34,336 nt of DNA from Campylobacterales bacterium (GTDB lineage Bacteria > Campylobacterota > Campylobacteria > Campylobacterales > Sulfurimonadaceae). A program made the translations under genes and the position numbers. The notes beneath the pieces are model-generated. The model was not told where the DNA came from. It made no database searches and saw nothing but the letters and a program-made list of their open reading frames with translations. The stretch spans positions 1 through 34,336 of the forward strand of contig JBBRBK010000017.1 in assembly GCA_038205935.1 (NCBI GenBank). Direction: 5' to 3'. Shown here piece by piece: positions 20,920 to 30,078 of this stretch (position 1 is its first letter; the number at the start of each line of letters is the position of its first letter).

Positions 20920-21926
20920 TAAAGAAGACTCTCTTGTTGATTTTTAAATTTTATAACATCGATCGTTTTGTGTGTCGCGACTCTACCTTTTGCGGTGCGC
21001 TCTAAGTAACCATTCGCAATAAGATAAGGCTCAAATACATCTTCGACTGTTCCCTCATCTTCACTCAGCGCCGCCGCAATAGTGCTAAGACCAATAGGTT
21101 TTCCCTTTGCAGCTACCAAAAGCTCTAAAAGTCGGATATCCATCTCATCAAAACCGTGTGAATTGATTCCCAATTCATTGAGGGCATACTGAGTTCGACT
21201 AAATTTTATGTCTCTTTCATTTGCCACTTCGGCAAAATCTCTTACACGACGAAGCAGTCGAAGCGCGATACGTGGAGTTCCGCGACTTCTTTTTGCTATC
21301 TCATGCGCGGCATCACTTTTTATCTCTTTATCGAGTTTTTTTGAAGCCTGAATGACGATGCGAGAGAGTTCATCATCTGAATAAAAATTCATACGGAAGT
21401 TCATCCCAAATCTATCTCGCAAAGGGTTTGAAAGCATTCCCGCACGCGTCGTAGCACCTATGAGCGTAAATCTTGGAAGGTCTATCTTTACAGTCTGTGC
21501 CGCTGGTCCGCTTCCAATGATGATATCAATGCGAAAATCTTCCATCGATGAGTAAAGTATCTCTTCCACCGCGGGAGAAAGACGATGAATCTCGTCTATA
21601 AAAAGGATGTCTCCCTCTTCTAAGTTTGTAAGTATCGCCGCTAAATCACCGCTTTTTTCTATCATAGGTGCGGCTGTTACTTTGATATTTGCATTCATCT
21701 CATTTGCGATGATAAGTGCGAGTGTCGTCTTTCCAAGTCCTGGAGGTCCATAAAAAAGAGTGTGATCAAGAGCTTCAGCTCTTATTTTACTCGCTTCAAT
21801 GAAAACAGAGAGATTTTTTTTGATCTGTTCTTGACCGATATACTCATTCCACGCACTCGGGCGAAGAGTGATTTCACTGGCCTCATCTGCACTAAATCTC
21901 TCGATTTCTACTATACGTTCCATCAT
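20919..21926 (-). CDS. ruvB: Holliday junction branch migration helicase
   Basis: [39 protein letters not shown]. Confidence 0.98.
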   Translation of the reverse strand: MMERIVEIERFSADEASEITLRPSAWNEYIGQEQIKKNLSVFIEASKIRAEALDHTLFYGPPGLGKTTLALIIANEMNANIKVTAAPMIEKSGDLAAILTNLEEGDILFIDEIHRLSPAVEEILYSSMEDFRIDIIIGSGPAAQTVKIDLPRFTLIGATTRAGMLSNPLRDRFGMNFRMNFYSDDELSRIVIQASKKLDKEIKSDAAHEIAKRSRGTPRIALRLLRRVRDFAEVANERDIKFSRTQYALNELGINSHGFDEMDIRLLELLVAAKGKPIGLSTIAAALSEDEGTVEDVFEPYLIANGYLERTAKGRVATHKTIDVIKFKNQQESLL

Positions 21927-21932
21927 ACTCTC

Positions 21933-22724
21933 TTAGTAAGTGTATTTTTCACTTGGAAATTCCCTTGATACAACTTCTTTAGCGTATGTTGCAACGGCAT
22001 CTTTAACGAGTGTCGCACCATCGAGATATTTTTTCACAAATTTTGGAGTAAACTCTTCAAATAATCCCAACATATCCGAAAAAACGAGGACTTGCCCATC
22101 TACGTTATGCCCTGCGCCAATGCCAACAACAGGGACACCAACACTCGCAGCCACTAACGCTGCAACATCCGCCTTAACCCCTTCGATGACGATACAAAAA
22201 GCACCTGCAAGCTCAATCTCTTTTGCATCATTGACAAGACTCATCGCACTTCGTTCATCTTTACCTTTAACTTTATAACCGCCTTCACTGCGAACAGACT
22301 GAGGCAATAAACCAATATGTCCGCACACTGCAATGCCGTTACATGTAAGGTGTTTTACAATCTCTGCTTTATCTGCTCCACCTTCGATTTTCACCGCATC
22401 TGCAGGAGTTTCTTGAAAAACTTTTACAGCATTCGTAAGTGCCTGCTCTTTTGACATATATGTTCCAAAAGGCATATCACAAATCACAAAACTCTCTCTT
22501 GCACCTTTACAAACCGCATTTGTATGATAGATCATCTGATCCAAAGTCGCACTGAGCGTGTCACTTTTGCCTGCAAAACTCATGTTGAGACTATCGCCCA
22601 CAAGGAGAATATCAGCACTTTCTTCAAAAAGTTTTGCAAAGAGCGCATCATAGGCTGTTATCATCACTAAAGGCTTCACGCCTTTGGCATTTAGTATCTT
22701 AGAAATAGTCATTTTTTTCTTCAT
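21933..22724 (-). CDS. panB: 3-methyl-2-oxobutanoate hydroxymethyltransferase
   Basis: TAYD, LVGDSL, DMPFG, VKIEGG, GHIGLLPQ, GIGAG...DGQVLV; start at MKKK (22724) rather than 22808. Confidence 0.96.
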   Translation of the reverse strand: MKKKMTISKILNAKGVKPLVMITAYDALFAKLFEESADILLVGDSLNMSFAGKSDTLSATLDQMIYHTNAVCKGARESFVICDMPFGTYMSKEQALTNAVKVFQETPADAVKIEGGADKAEIVKHLTCNGIAVCGHIGLLPQSVRSEGGYKVKGKDERSAMSLVNDAKEIELAGAFCIVIEGVKADVAALVAASVGVPVVGIGAGHNVDGQVLVFSDMLGLFEEFTPKFVKKYLDGATLVKDAVATYAKEVVSREFPSEKYTY

Positions 22725-22773
22725 TTCACAATCTTTTTCGGTAGATTTCACTAAAGAGATTTTAACCAAAAAA

Positions 22774-22782
22774 TGATATAAT
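22774..22782 (+). promoter_or_regulatory. Extended -10 promoter (TGATATAAT)
   Basis: 29 nt upstream of the Hpt gene start; GGAGA RBS follows. Confidence 0.65.
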
Positions 22783-22811
22783 CCAAAGCAATATAGGAGA
22801 ACTATCACGAT

Positions 22812-23216
22812 ATGGGTGCAAGAAGAGAACTAGAAGCAAACTTCGACTTTGAAATAGTTGACGAATTTTTGGAACATTACTCTATGATGGTTGATATTAT
22901 GGAACCGCTAATTGTCAACCTTTCAAGAGAAAATAAGTACAAAGACGATATCAATGAACTTTTTCGAATATTTCACAATCTAAAATCTGCTTCCTCATTT
23001 TTAAAACTTGAATCAATGATTCGACTTTCGACTTTTGTTGAAAATGCCTTAGAAACACTTCGCAATGAAGAGGGTCCGGCAAATGAAGAAGTGATCACTT
23101 GGCTTTTAAATATCAGTGATATGTTTGAGAAATGGAATGATGATCTCAAGCTCGATAATGAACTTTCAAAAATAGAGTTCTCCCTATTAAAATTACCCGA
23201 TTTGGAAAAAATTTGA
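22812..23216 (+). CDS. Stand-alone histidine phosphotransfer (Hpt) protein
   Basis: LFRIFHNLKSAS, like the CheA P1 phospho-His motif. Confidence 0.88.
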   Translation: MGARRELEANFDFEIVDEFLEHYSMMVDIMEPLIVNLSRENKYKDDINELFRIFHNLKSASSFLKLESMIRLSTFVENALETLRNEEGPANEEVITWLLNISDMFEKWNDDLKLDNELSKIEFSLLKLPDLEKI

Positions 23217-23953
23217 AACAATTAGTAGCTTATATAACATCTTGTTATCCTGAAAAATCTTTTAGTGTTGACCTTGCTTTGGCTCTTGGACAAAGCGGTG
23301 TCGATTCCGTAGAACTTGGAGTTCCTTTTTCTGATCCTGTGGCAGATGGCCCTGTCATAGAAAAAGCAAATCACATTGCACTAGAAAATGGTTTTCGATT
23401 TCAAGACGTTTTAGATATCTCAAAAGAGATCGGTGATAAAGTAGACACTTTATGGATGGGATATTTCAACCCATTTTACCAATATGGAATAGATGATCTT
23501 TTGCAAGAAGCAAAAGCTTTACATGTAAGCGGTCTTATCATCCCAGATCTTCCATATGAAGAAACTCTTACATATAAAAATATTTTTGATCTCAATGGAG
23601 TTGCCAATATCTCTTTTGTCGCTCCGACAGACTCAAAAGAGCGCATCGCAGAGATCGTAAAAGATGCGAAAAAATTTATCTATATGGTCGCGTACACGGG
23701 CATCACAGGTTCTGGCAAAGCTGAGGATCTTCAGCCTTTTATCACATCTATCAAAGAAGTTACAGACACTCCTGCCTTTGTCGGTTTTGGTGTGAATGAA
23801 AAAACAGCTAAAGATAAAGTCAAAGGTGCTGATGGCGTTATCGTTGGTTCTGCATTTATCGACATTTTATTAAGAGAAAATCTCAGCTACTCACAAAAAA
23901 TAGAAGAGTGTTCAAAACTCGCGTCTATCATTAAAAATGAGATCAATTCGTAA
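23213..23953 (+). CDS. trpA: Tryptophan synthase alpha chain
   Basis: ELGVPFSDPVADGPVI, PDLP, GITG, VGFGV, ADGVIVGSA. Confidence 0.97.
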   Translation: MKQLVAYITSCYPEKSFSVDLALALGQSGVDSVELGVPFSDPVADGPVIEKANHIALENGFRFQDVLDISKEIGDKVDTLWMGYFNPFYQYGIDDLLQEAKALHVSGLIIPDLPYEETLTYKNIFDLNGVANISFVAPTDSKERIAEIVKDAKKFIYMVAYTGITGSGKAEDLQPFITSIKEVTDTPAFVGFGVNEKTAKDKVKGADGVIVGSAFIDILLRENLSYSQKIEECSKLASIIKNEINS

Positions 23954-23971
23954 ACTCTTTTTTTTTACATG

Positions 23972-23989
23972 CGAAGTACCCTTTGGGTA
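23972..23989 (-). repeat. 18-bp hairpin micro-insertion, copy 2 (intergenic)
   Basis: Plus strand TTACATG[CGAAGTACCCTTTGGGTA]TAAG; minus strand CTTA[TACCCAAAGGGTACTTCG]CATGTAA. Confidence 0.9.
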
Positions 23990-24087
23990 TAAGCTTTATA
24001 AATCCTTACATGTAAGCCTCTTTCATAATCCACACTTTTAATTTTAATATTGATTATTTATAATTCGCGAAAATATAAAGGACAATT

Positions 24088-24294
24088 ATGTATAAAGTAA
24101 TAGTAGAAAAACAATGCGGATGTTTTAAAAAAAGTGATCACGACGCTCAAACTAGTTTTGAGAGCAAAGATGATGCTCTTCTTTTTGCAAATGAGCGTAA
24201 AAACTTTATGAACAATGAATGGTGCGGAAAACACAACTTTTTTATTGAAGAAAATGAAAGTGATCTTCTTATCAAAATGAATATGGCTGGCTAA
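24088..24294 (+). CDS. Small hypothetical protein with CGC...CGKH motif
   Basis: AAGGA RBS, TATAAT upstream, plausible composition. Confidence 0.8.
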   Translation: MYKVIVEKQCGCFKKSDHDAQTSFESKDDALLFANERKNFMNNEWCGKHNFFIEENESDLLIKMNMAG

Positions 24295-24325
24295 ATCTAT
24301 TTACTCAAACTTTTTAGAGTTTGGG

Positions 24326-24331
24326 TATAAT
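24326..24331 (+). promoter_or_regulatory. -10 box of ssrA
   Basis: TATAAT 9 nt upstream of the mature tmRNA 5' end. Confidence 0.65.
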
Positions 24332-24340
24332 TTCACTTAT

Positions 24341-24716
24341 GGGGACGACATGGCTTCGACAGGATCAGGTCGCTTTTAATTGCATGCCGGACTGAGCATT
24401 TCCGTTACGCGGCTCAAACTTGCTTAAACGCAAACAATACAAATTACCGCCCAGCTTACGCAGTAGCATAAGTTAATCCCCTCTTAGGAGGCGGGCTGCT
24501 TCACCTATGGACTCTGGATAAGTAGGACTCGAAGTATAACCCTTTATGCAGATATATTTTAGACTTGTCTCGTCCTAAAATGAACTTAGAGGCTCGTCTT
24601 GCGTAGCTTTGCAAGTAGTGTGAAGCAAGATTAAACTTAAAACAACTTCTCTAAGCATGTAGACGTTAGGAGTATCTTGGTTTTGGACTGCGGTTCGATA
24701 CCGCACGTCTCCACCA
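24341..24716 (+). ncRNA. ssrA: tmRNA
   Basis: 5' GGGGACG pairs with 3' CGTCTCC-ACCA with a G3-U wobble; T-arm TGCGG-TTCGATA-CCGCA; tag frame 24430-24471 reads ANNTNYRPAYAVA*. Confidence 0.97.
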
Positions 24717-24845
24717 AATTATTTTTATCTTTCACAACCAAACTTTCTTCAAACAATACAGACCTCATCAAAAAAACCTTACGATTTACCAATCTATACC
24801 CTAAAAGAGAGTAAAATTGCCTCGAAGCTAAAACAGGAAAATATC

Positions 24846-26378
24846 ATGAAAAAACATATTGCTATTTTTGGTCCCACGGGATACATTGGGACTAAAGTTG
24901 TTATGGAACTTTACAATATGGGTTACACACTTACCCTCTTCACTCGTAACCTCAGAAAACTTCTGTATCTTCAAGACGATTGTGAGCTTTTGATGAATAA
25001 AAGCTCACATGTATGTTTAGTAGAAGTAGAGATTAAACAGAGCAATTATGAAGTGATCAAAAATGCGCTTGAGGGTGTCGATGCTATTTACTACCTCGTG
25101 CATTCTCTTAATATTGAAAATGGAAATTTCCTCAACAAAGATAATGATATGGCTGAACTGGTTGCTTCTGCCGCAAAAGATGCAAATGTAAAACAGATTC
25201 TTTATCTTGGAGGTCTTGGTGTTGATAATGCTAATCGTCCTTTATCAGAACACCTAAAAAGCCGTCATGAGACAGGAGAGTATCTTAGAAAAGGGCATCC
25301 AAATGTCACGGAATTTCGAGCAGGTGTTATCGTAGGCGAAGGATCTGCAAGTTTTGAACTTATACGCTCTTTGGGCATCAAACTTCCGCTCATTCCTTCC
25401 TTAGGAGACAATGAAGGTTATTGCCAACCGATCTTTGTGAATGATGTGATTGACTATCTCCTATACGCCCTGCTCAATCCAAAATACTATGACAAAATAG
25501 CTGAAATCGGGTGCGATGAAGTACTACACTATAGTGATATTGTGAAGATCTACGCACAGACGGTTAACGCTAAATATTTAACTTCCATCCTAATTCCATT
25601 TGCAAGTATCGTGCTTCGTCCCCAGCTCATAAGCTGGTTTGCATCACGCATGTCAGGTATGCCCTACATTTTAGTGTATCGTCTTATAGAAGGTGCTTAT
25701 TGTGATGCGATCGTTCATGATTATCCCATCAGCAAGATCGATCCTGATTCACCGATCAAACCTCTTTCTTTTAAAGAGTCACTACTCATCGCCGCAAAAC
25801 GTTGTGAAGAGGGTTATATCAACAGCACTTGGTCTACACCATTTGAATATTCTGTTTTAAACTTCAATACAAAAAAGCAATTTTTTCAACTGAGTTCTCA
25901 AGAAATAGATGGTTTGATTCATGATGAGTTCATGCGAACAATTCCGGCGGAAGATATGAAAAAAGTGTTTGATAAAATCAAATCTATTGGTGGGAAAAAC
26001 GGTTATTACTCAACTCGTTGGCTTTGGGAAGCGAGAGGTTTTATCGATACAATTATGGGTGGACCGGGTTTAAATAACTGTGTCAGACCTGCAACAAAAC
26101 TCTTGCGCGTGGGCGATCATATAGACTTTTGGGTTGTGACTTATTATAAAAACGCACCCAATCATAAAGTGCTGCGTCTCAAAGCAAATATGAAAACGCC
26201 AGGAAATGCTTGGCTCCAATTTAGTATCGACCGCCAAGAGGGAAGCCCGACTGCCTTGGTGACCATGCGTCCATATTTTGATCCTTCAGGTATTTTTGGA
26301 CATCTCTATTGGTACAGTCTTTACTTTATTCATAAGATTATCTTTAATCAAATGATTGAAAACATTGCAAAAGTTTGA
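24846..26378 (+). CDS. NAD(P)-binding SDR-like oxidoreductase with DUF2867 domain (YbjT-like)
   Basis: GPTGYIG Rossmann motif, YYLVHS, HLKSRHE, C-terminal GDHIDFW...PG.AWLQF...G.LYWY. Confidence 0.88.
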   Translation: MKKHIAIFGPTGYIGTKVVMELYNMGYTLTLFTRNLRKLLYLQDDCELLMNKSSHVCLVEVEIKQSNYEVIKNALEGVDAIYYLVHSLNIENGNFLNKDNDMAELVASAAKDANVKQILYLGGLGVDNANRPLSEHLKSRHETGEYLRKGHPNVTEFRAGVIVGEGSASFELIRSLGIKLPLIPSLGDNEGYCQPIFVNDVIDYLLYALLNPKYYDKIAEIGCDEVLHYSDIVKIYAQTVNAKYLTSILIPFASIVLRPQLISWFASRMSGMPYILVYRLIEGAYCDAIVHDYPISKIDPDSPIKPLSFKESLLIAAKRCEEGYINSTWSTPFEYSVLNFNTKKQFFQLSSQEIDGLIHDEFMRTIPAEDMKKVFDKIKSIGGKNGYYSTRWLWEARGFIDTIMGGPGLNNCVRPATKLLRVGDHIDFWVVTYYKNAPNHKVLRLKANMKTPGNAWLQFSIDRQEGSPTALVTMRPYFDPSGIFGHLYWYSLYFIHKIIFNQMIENIAKV

Positions 26379-27072
26379 TTTTTTAGATATTTTTTATCGA
26401 TTCACAACTCGAGACTTCGGGGCTAATCTTGCCTTTCATGTGGGCGATGATATCAGTGCTGTCCTTGAAAATCATACATTTTTAGCAAATAAACTTGGCT
26501 ATAAAAAAGATACTTTAGTCCATATGAAACAGATCCATTCAAACTTCGTACATGTAGTAAGTGAGCAAGACAATTTCGATACTCCTCCTACATGTGACGC
26601 ACTTGTGACAAATAAAAAAAATATTCCTCTTATGGTTATGGTCGCAGATTGTACGCCTATTTTGTTTTATGATCCTACATGTAAAGCGATCGGGGTTGCA
26701 CATGCAGGACGCACTGGTACATTTGATAACATCGTGGCAAACGTGATTGAAACGATGAAAAATGAGTATGACTCAAAAGCAGAAAATATATTTGTCTCCA
26801 TAGGCTCAGCTATCGGAGTTTGCTGTTATGAAGTCGGAGGCGAAATCTATGAGCAAGCCAAAGAAAAGTTTTCTTATGCGTTTGAAATGAGAGAAAATAA
26901 ATATTATCTTGATATCAACAAGATTTTACTTTCGCAGTTACTTGAATGTGGAATCAAAGAAGAAAATATAGAAAATGAAGGGATTTGTACAGCGTGCAAC
27001 ACGCAAGAGTATTTCTCTTACAGAGCAGAGGGGAAAACAGGCAGATTTGCCGGCATCTTAATGCTCAAATGA
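26356..27072 (+). CDS. pgeF: YfiH/PgeF family protein
   Basis: NLAFHVGD, QIHS, DALVT, ADCTPI, HAG, CYEVG, FSYR...TGR. Confidence 0.93.
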   Translation: MKTLQKFDFLDIFYRFTTRDFGANLAFHVGDDISAVLENHTFLANKLGYKKDTLVHMKQIHSNFVHVVSEQDNFDTPPTCDALVTNKKNIPLMVMVADCTPILFYDPTCKAIGVAHAGRTGTFDNIVANVIETMKNEYDSKAENIFVSIGSAIGVCCYEVGGEIYEQAKEKFSYAFEMRENKYYLDINKILLSQLLECGIKEENIENEGICTACNTQEYFSYRAEGKTGRFAGILMLK

Positions 27073-27079
27073 GTAAAAT

Positions 27080-28039
27080 CTAAATCCACCCTTTTTTCTT
27101 AAAGATATAGATCGGTGTCGCAGATGAAAGCACCATCAAAAAGATCGAGAAAAGATATCCATATTCCCAGTGCAGTTCAGGCATAAAATTAAAGTTCATA
27201 CCATACACACTTGCAATGAGTGTTGGCGGAAGGAAAACGACGTTTACGATGGTAAAGATTTTAATGACTTTATTTTGTTCAATACTCAAGACACCAAGGA
27301 AGATATTTTGAAGATAATCAAGTCTTTCAAAATTAAAATCCGTATGTTCTATCAGCGATTTTAAATCTTTAAGCATAATGATGATCTCATTTTTTAGGCT
27401 ACCATCATATTTATTTGATTTTAAAAGCGATGTCAGGATTCTTTGCTTATCAACAAGATTTTCCCTAATTTTCATATTTAGATCTTCAAAGAGAGAGATT
27501 TTTTCGAGTATCTCTTCATCATCATTTGAGTAATCCGTAAAGACGTGACGGCGGAGCTTTGTGATCCCTTTTGCAAGGTTTTCTATGGTATCGGCGTCTG
27601 CATCGATTCTGATATCGATGATCTGACAAAAGATGTCATACCCATCTTTAAACTCTTTTGGAGTAGATGTAAAACGTTTGATAAACTCATTGAAACTTCG
27701 TAATTGATTGTAACGTATGGAGATAAGAAGTTTACCTTTGATGATGAAAGAAACCGTTTCATTGTAAGGATGTTCAACATTGCTGACAAGAAAATAGCTG
27801 TTGATCTCGATCTTTTCGTTTTCTTCCCAATACCGAGAACTGATCTCAATCTCTTCACTCTCTTGTTTTGTAGGAAATTTGATATCAAACATCTCTTCTA
27901 CATGTAAGCGTTCCTGCGAAGTTGGCTGAAGCATATCTATCCAGATAATGTCCTCTTTTTTATTCTCGCCATCTTCCAAAAATGTCAGATCGTCCAATAC
28001 TTCTATTCTATGTGTCTTTTTTATAAAGTATTTGACCAT
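27080..28039 (-). CDS. corA: Magnesium/cobalt transporter CorA
   Basis: PPTLIASVYGMNF..MPEL, C-terminal KKKGWI. Confidence 0.96.
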   Translation of the reverse strand: MVKYFIKKTHRIEVLDDLTFLEDGENKKEDIIWIDMLQPTSQERLHVEEMFDIKFPTKQESEEIEISSRYWEENEKIEINSYFLVSNVEHPYNETVSFIIKGKLLISIRYNQLRSFNEFIKRFTSTPKEFKDGYDIFCQIIDIRIDADADTIENLAKGITKLRRHVFTDYSNDDEEILEKISLFEDLNMKIRENLVDKQRILTSLLKSNKYDGSLKNEIIIMLKDLKSLIEHTDFNFERLDYLQNIFLGVLSIEQNKVIKIFTIVNVVFLPPTLIASVYGMNFNFMPELHWEYGYLFSIFLMVLSSATPIYIFKKKGWI

Positions 28040-28069
28040 AATCCAACCTTGCGCTAAAACTCTTAGCGG

Positions 28070-28078
28070 ATTATAACA
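28070..28078 (-). promoter_or_regulatory. Extended -10 promoter of corA (TGTTATAAT)
   Basis: Perfect TGnTATAAT 30 nt upstream of the start. Confidence 0.65.
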
Positions 28079-28175
28079 TTACAATCGACAACCGTGGTAA
28101 CAGAAGTGTTACATAAAACTTATATTAAATATAGATAAAGTATAATTCTTGACTTATGAAAAATTAGGATACTTT

Positions 28176-29012
28176 ATGATTAGAAGATGTTTATTTCCAG
28201 CTGCTGGGTATGGGACAAGATTTTTACCTGCTACCAAAGCGATGCCAAAAGAGATGCTTCCGATTTTAACAAAACCTCTTATACAGTACGGCGTTGAAGA
28301 AGCCATAGAAGCTGGATGTGATGTGATGGCTATCGTCACTGGGCGTGGAAAACGTGCTATCGAAGATCATTTTGATATCTCTTATGAACTTGAGCATCAA
28401 ATCAGAGGAACGTCAAAAGAGCATTATCTCAATGAGATACGTTTAGTTATCGACAAGTGTACCTTTACTTACACAAGACAAGTTGAGATGAAAGGTCTCG
28501 GACATGCGATCCTCTCAGGCGAGATGCTCATCGCTGATGAAGCGTTTTGCGTCATTCTCGCCGATGATCTTTGTGACAATCCAAACGGCGCAAGTGTTCT
28601 CGCGCAAATGAACGAACTCTATAAAAAATACAAATGCTGCATCGTCGCTGTCGAAGAGATAGACCCAAAAGATTCAGGAAAATACGGCATCATCGCTGGA
28701 GAAGAGATAGAAAATGGAGTCCTTAAAGTTGATGATATGGTTGAAAAACCAGATCCAAAAGACGCACCTTCAAACCTCGCTATCATCGGACGTTATATCC
28801 TGACTCCTGAGATTTTTGATGTCATCCGAGATACAAAACCGGGAAAAGGTGGCGAGATCCAGATCACCGACGCACTTTTGAGCTTGGCAAAACAGGGCAA
28901 AGTACTCGCTTATAAATTTCAAGGAAAAAGATTTGATTGTGGAAGCGTAGAGGGTTTTGTAGAAGCGACAAACTACTTTTTTGAAAAAGAGAAAGACAAC
29001 TTAGAAGGATGA
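28176..29012 (+). CDS. galU: UTP--glucose-1-phosphate uridylyltransferase
   Basis: PAAGYGTRFLPATKAMPKEMLP, GLGHA, VEKP, GEIQITDA; ATG 28176 follows AGGA. Confidence 0.97.
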   Translation: MIRRCLFPAAGYGTRFLPATKAMPKEMLPILTKPLIQYGVEEAIEAGCDVMAIVTGRGKRAIEDHFDISYELEHQIRGTSKEHYLNEIRLVIDKCTFTYTRQVEMKGLGHAILSGEMLIADEAFCVILADDLCDNPNGASVLAQMNELYKKYKCCIVAVEEIDPKDSGKYGIIAGEEIENGVLKVDDMVEKPDPKDAPSNLAIIGRYILTPEIFDVIRDTKPGKGGEIQITDALLSLAKQGKVLAYKFQGKRFDCGSVEGFVEATNYFFEKEKDNLEG

Positions 29013-29251
29013 AAATAGATAATCCTTTTGCATCTGGACAGATAAAAAACTATCTTCTTTTTTATGCAGCCATTGTCGTTATTATGATCCTATTTTTCAT
29101 CGCGTCTTCTCTTTTTAATGATGTCAAACAAGAAAAGACAAAAGTATTTGATACGAACGTGACACTCAAAAAAGTGCCCGTTTTAGTTGAAGAAAACACT
29201 ACAAAAGAGAAAAAATCTCCTGTAATGCTTATGAAAAAAGATGTGTATTAG
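29009..29251 (+). CDS. Small single-TM hypothetical protein
   Basis: ATGA overlap with the galU stop; one hydrophobic helix. Confidence 0.7.
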   Translation: MKIDNPFASGQIKNYLLFYAAIVVIMILFFIASSLFNDVKQEKTKVFDTNVTLKKVPVLVEENTTKEKKSPVMLMKKDVY

Positions 29252-29628
29252 TCTTTCGTCACGATATATAGCTGTTCGTGATTGAGGCGTTTTAAGATAT
29301 TCATCACACTCACAAAATCCTGAAATCTTGACTCTTTATCACTTCTTAAAACAACAACTTGACTTTGAGGGATAGCGGAGAGTTTTTGTTCCAACTCTTC
29401 TATACTTACTTTTCCTTTGTCATAGTAGATCTCGCCCTTAGAATTCACATAGATAGCGACCTCTTTTTGTTGCTCATTTTTCTCACTTGCTTTTGCGCTT
29501 GGAAGATCGACAGGGATGATCCCCTGCTTTACAAAAGTCGCAGTGGTGAGAACCATAACAAGAAGAACGAGCATAATATCGATAAATGGGATGACATTTA
29601 TCTGATCAAACCTTTTTCTTGGACGCAT
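29248..29628 (-). CDS. exbD: TonB-system energizer ExbD
   Basis: INVIPFIDIMLVLL, VDLPSA. Confidence 0.93.
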   Translation of the reverse strand: MRPRKRFDQINVIPFIDIMLVLLVMVLTTATFVKQGIIPVDLPSAKASEKNEQQKEVAIYVNSKGEIYYDKGKVSIEELEQKLSAIPQSQVVVLRSDKESRFQDFVSVMNILKRLNHEQLYIVTKD

Positions 29629-30078
29629 CTATTTTTTCGCTTCTTGAGCAATGTCAAACTTCACGACGATCTTTTCCATCTTACGAAGTAAAATCGTATA
29701 AAACGAGATAGCTGGAATCGCCACAACAAGTCCGAGTGCTGTCGCTTTAAGTGCAAGTGCCAGACCCATCATAATCTTTTTAGCATCCACAGCGCCGATA
29801 TCTCCAAGAGAGTAAAATGTCAACATAATCCCGATAACTGTTCCAAGAAGTCCGACATAAGGAGCATTTGCACCTATGGCACTGATAGTTGCAAGGTTGT
29901 CACTGAGATCAAGTTCTAACGCATCTTTGTTTTCATAATCAGTGATACGCACAGTTTTATAAAACATCTGTCTTTCAATAAAAAGCCAAAGCGTCACGAC
30001 ACTCATCAGCAAAAGAACTCCCATAATCCCATAATCAAGTGCATTTTCAGCGTAACTTATAAAATCCGAATTTTCCAT
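29629..30078 (-). CDS. exbB: TonB-system energizer ExbB (short form)
   Basis: APYVGLLGTVIGIM, ALKATALGLVVAIP. Confidence 0.93.
   Translation of the reverse strand: MENSDFISYAENALDYGIMGVLLLMSVVTLWLFIERQMFYKTVRITDYENKDALELDLSDNLATISAIGANAPYVGLLGTVIGIMLTFYSLGDIGAVDAKKIMMGLALALKATALGLVVAIPAISFYTILLRKMEKIVVKFDIAQEAKK

Noticed and set aside
24320..24330. TTTGGGTATAA matching the end of the 18-bp element
   Set aside because: Partial match only, no CATG target half, and explained by the ssrA -10 box.
24700..24846. tmRNA as an island integration site
   Set aside because: No integrase and no duplicated ssrA 3' end seen in the window.
26543..26556. ACTTCG immediately before TACATGTA as a possible element remnant
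   Set aside because: Only 6 nt match, offset by 2 nt from the insertion bond, and the palindrome is intact; probably chance.
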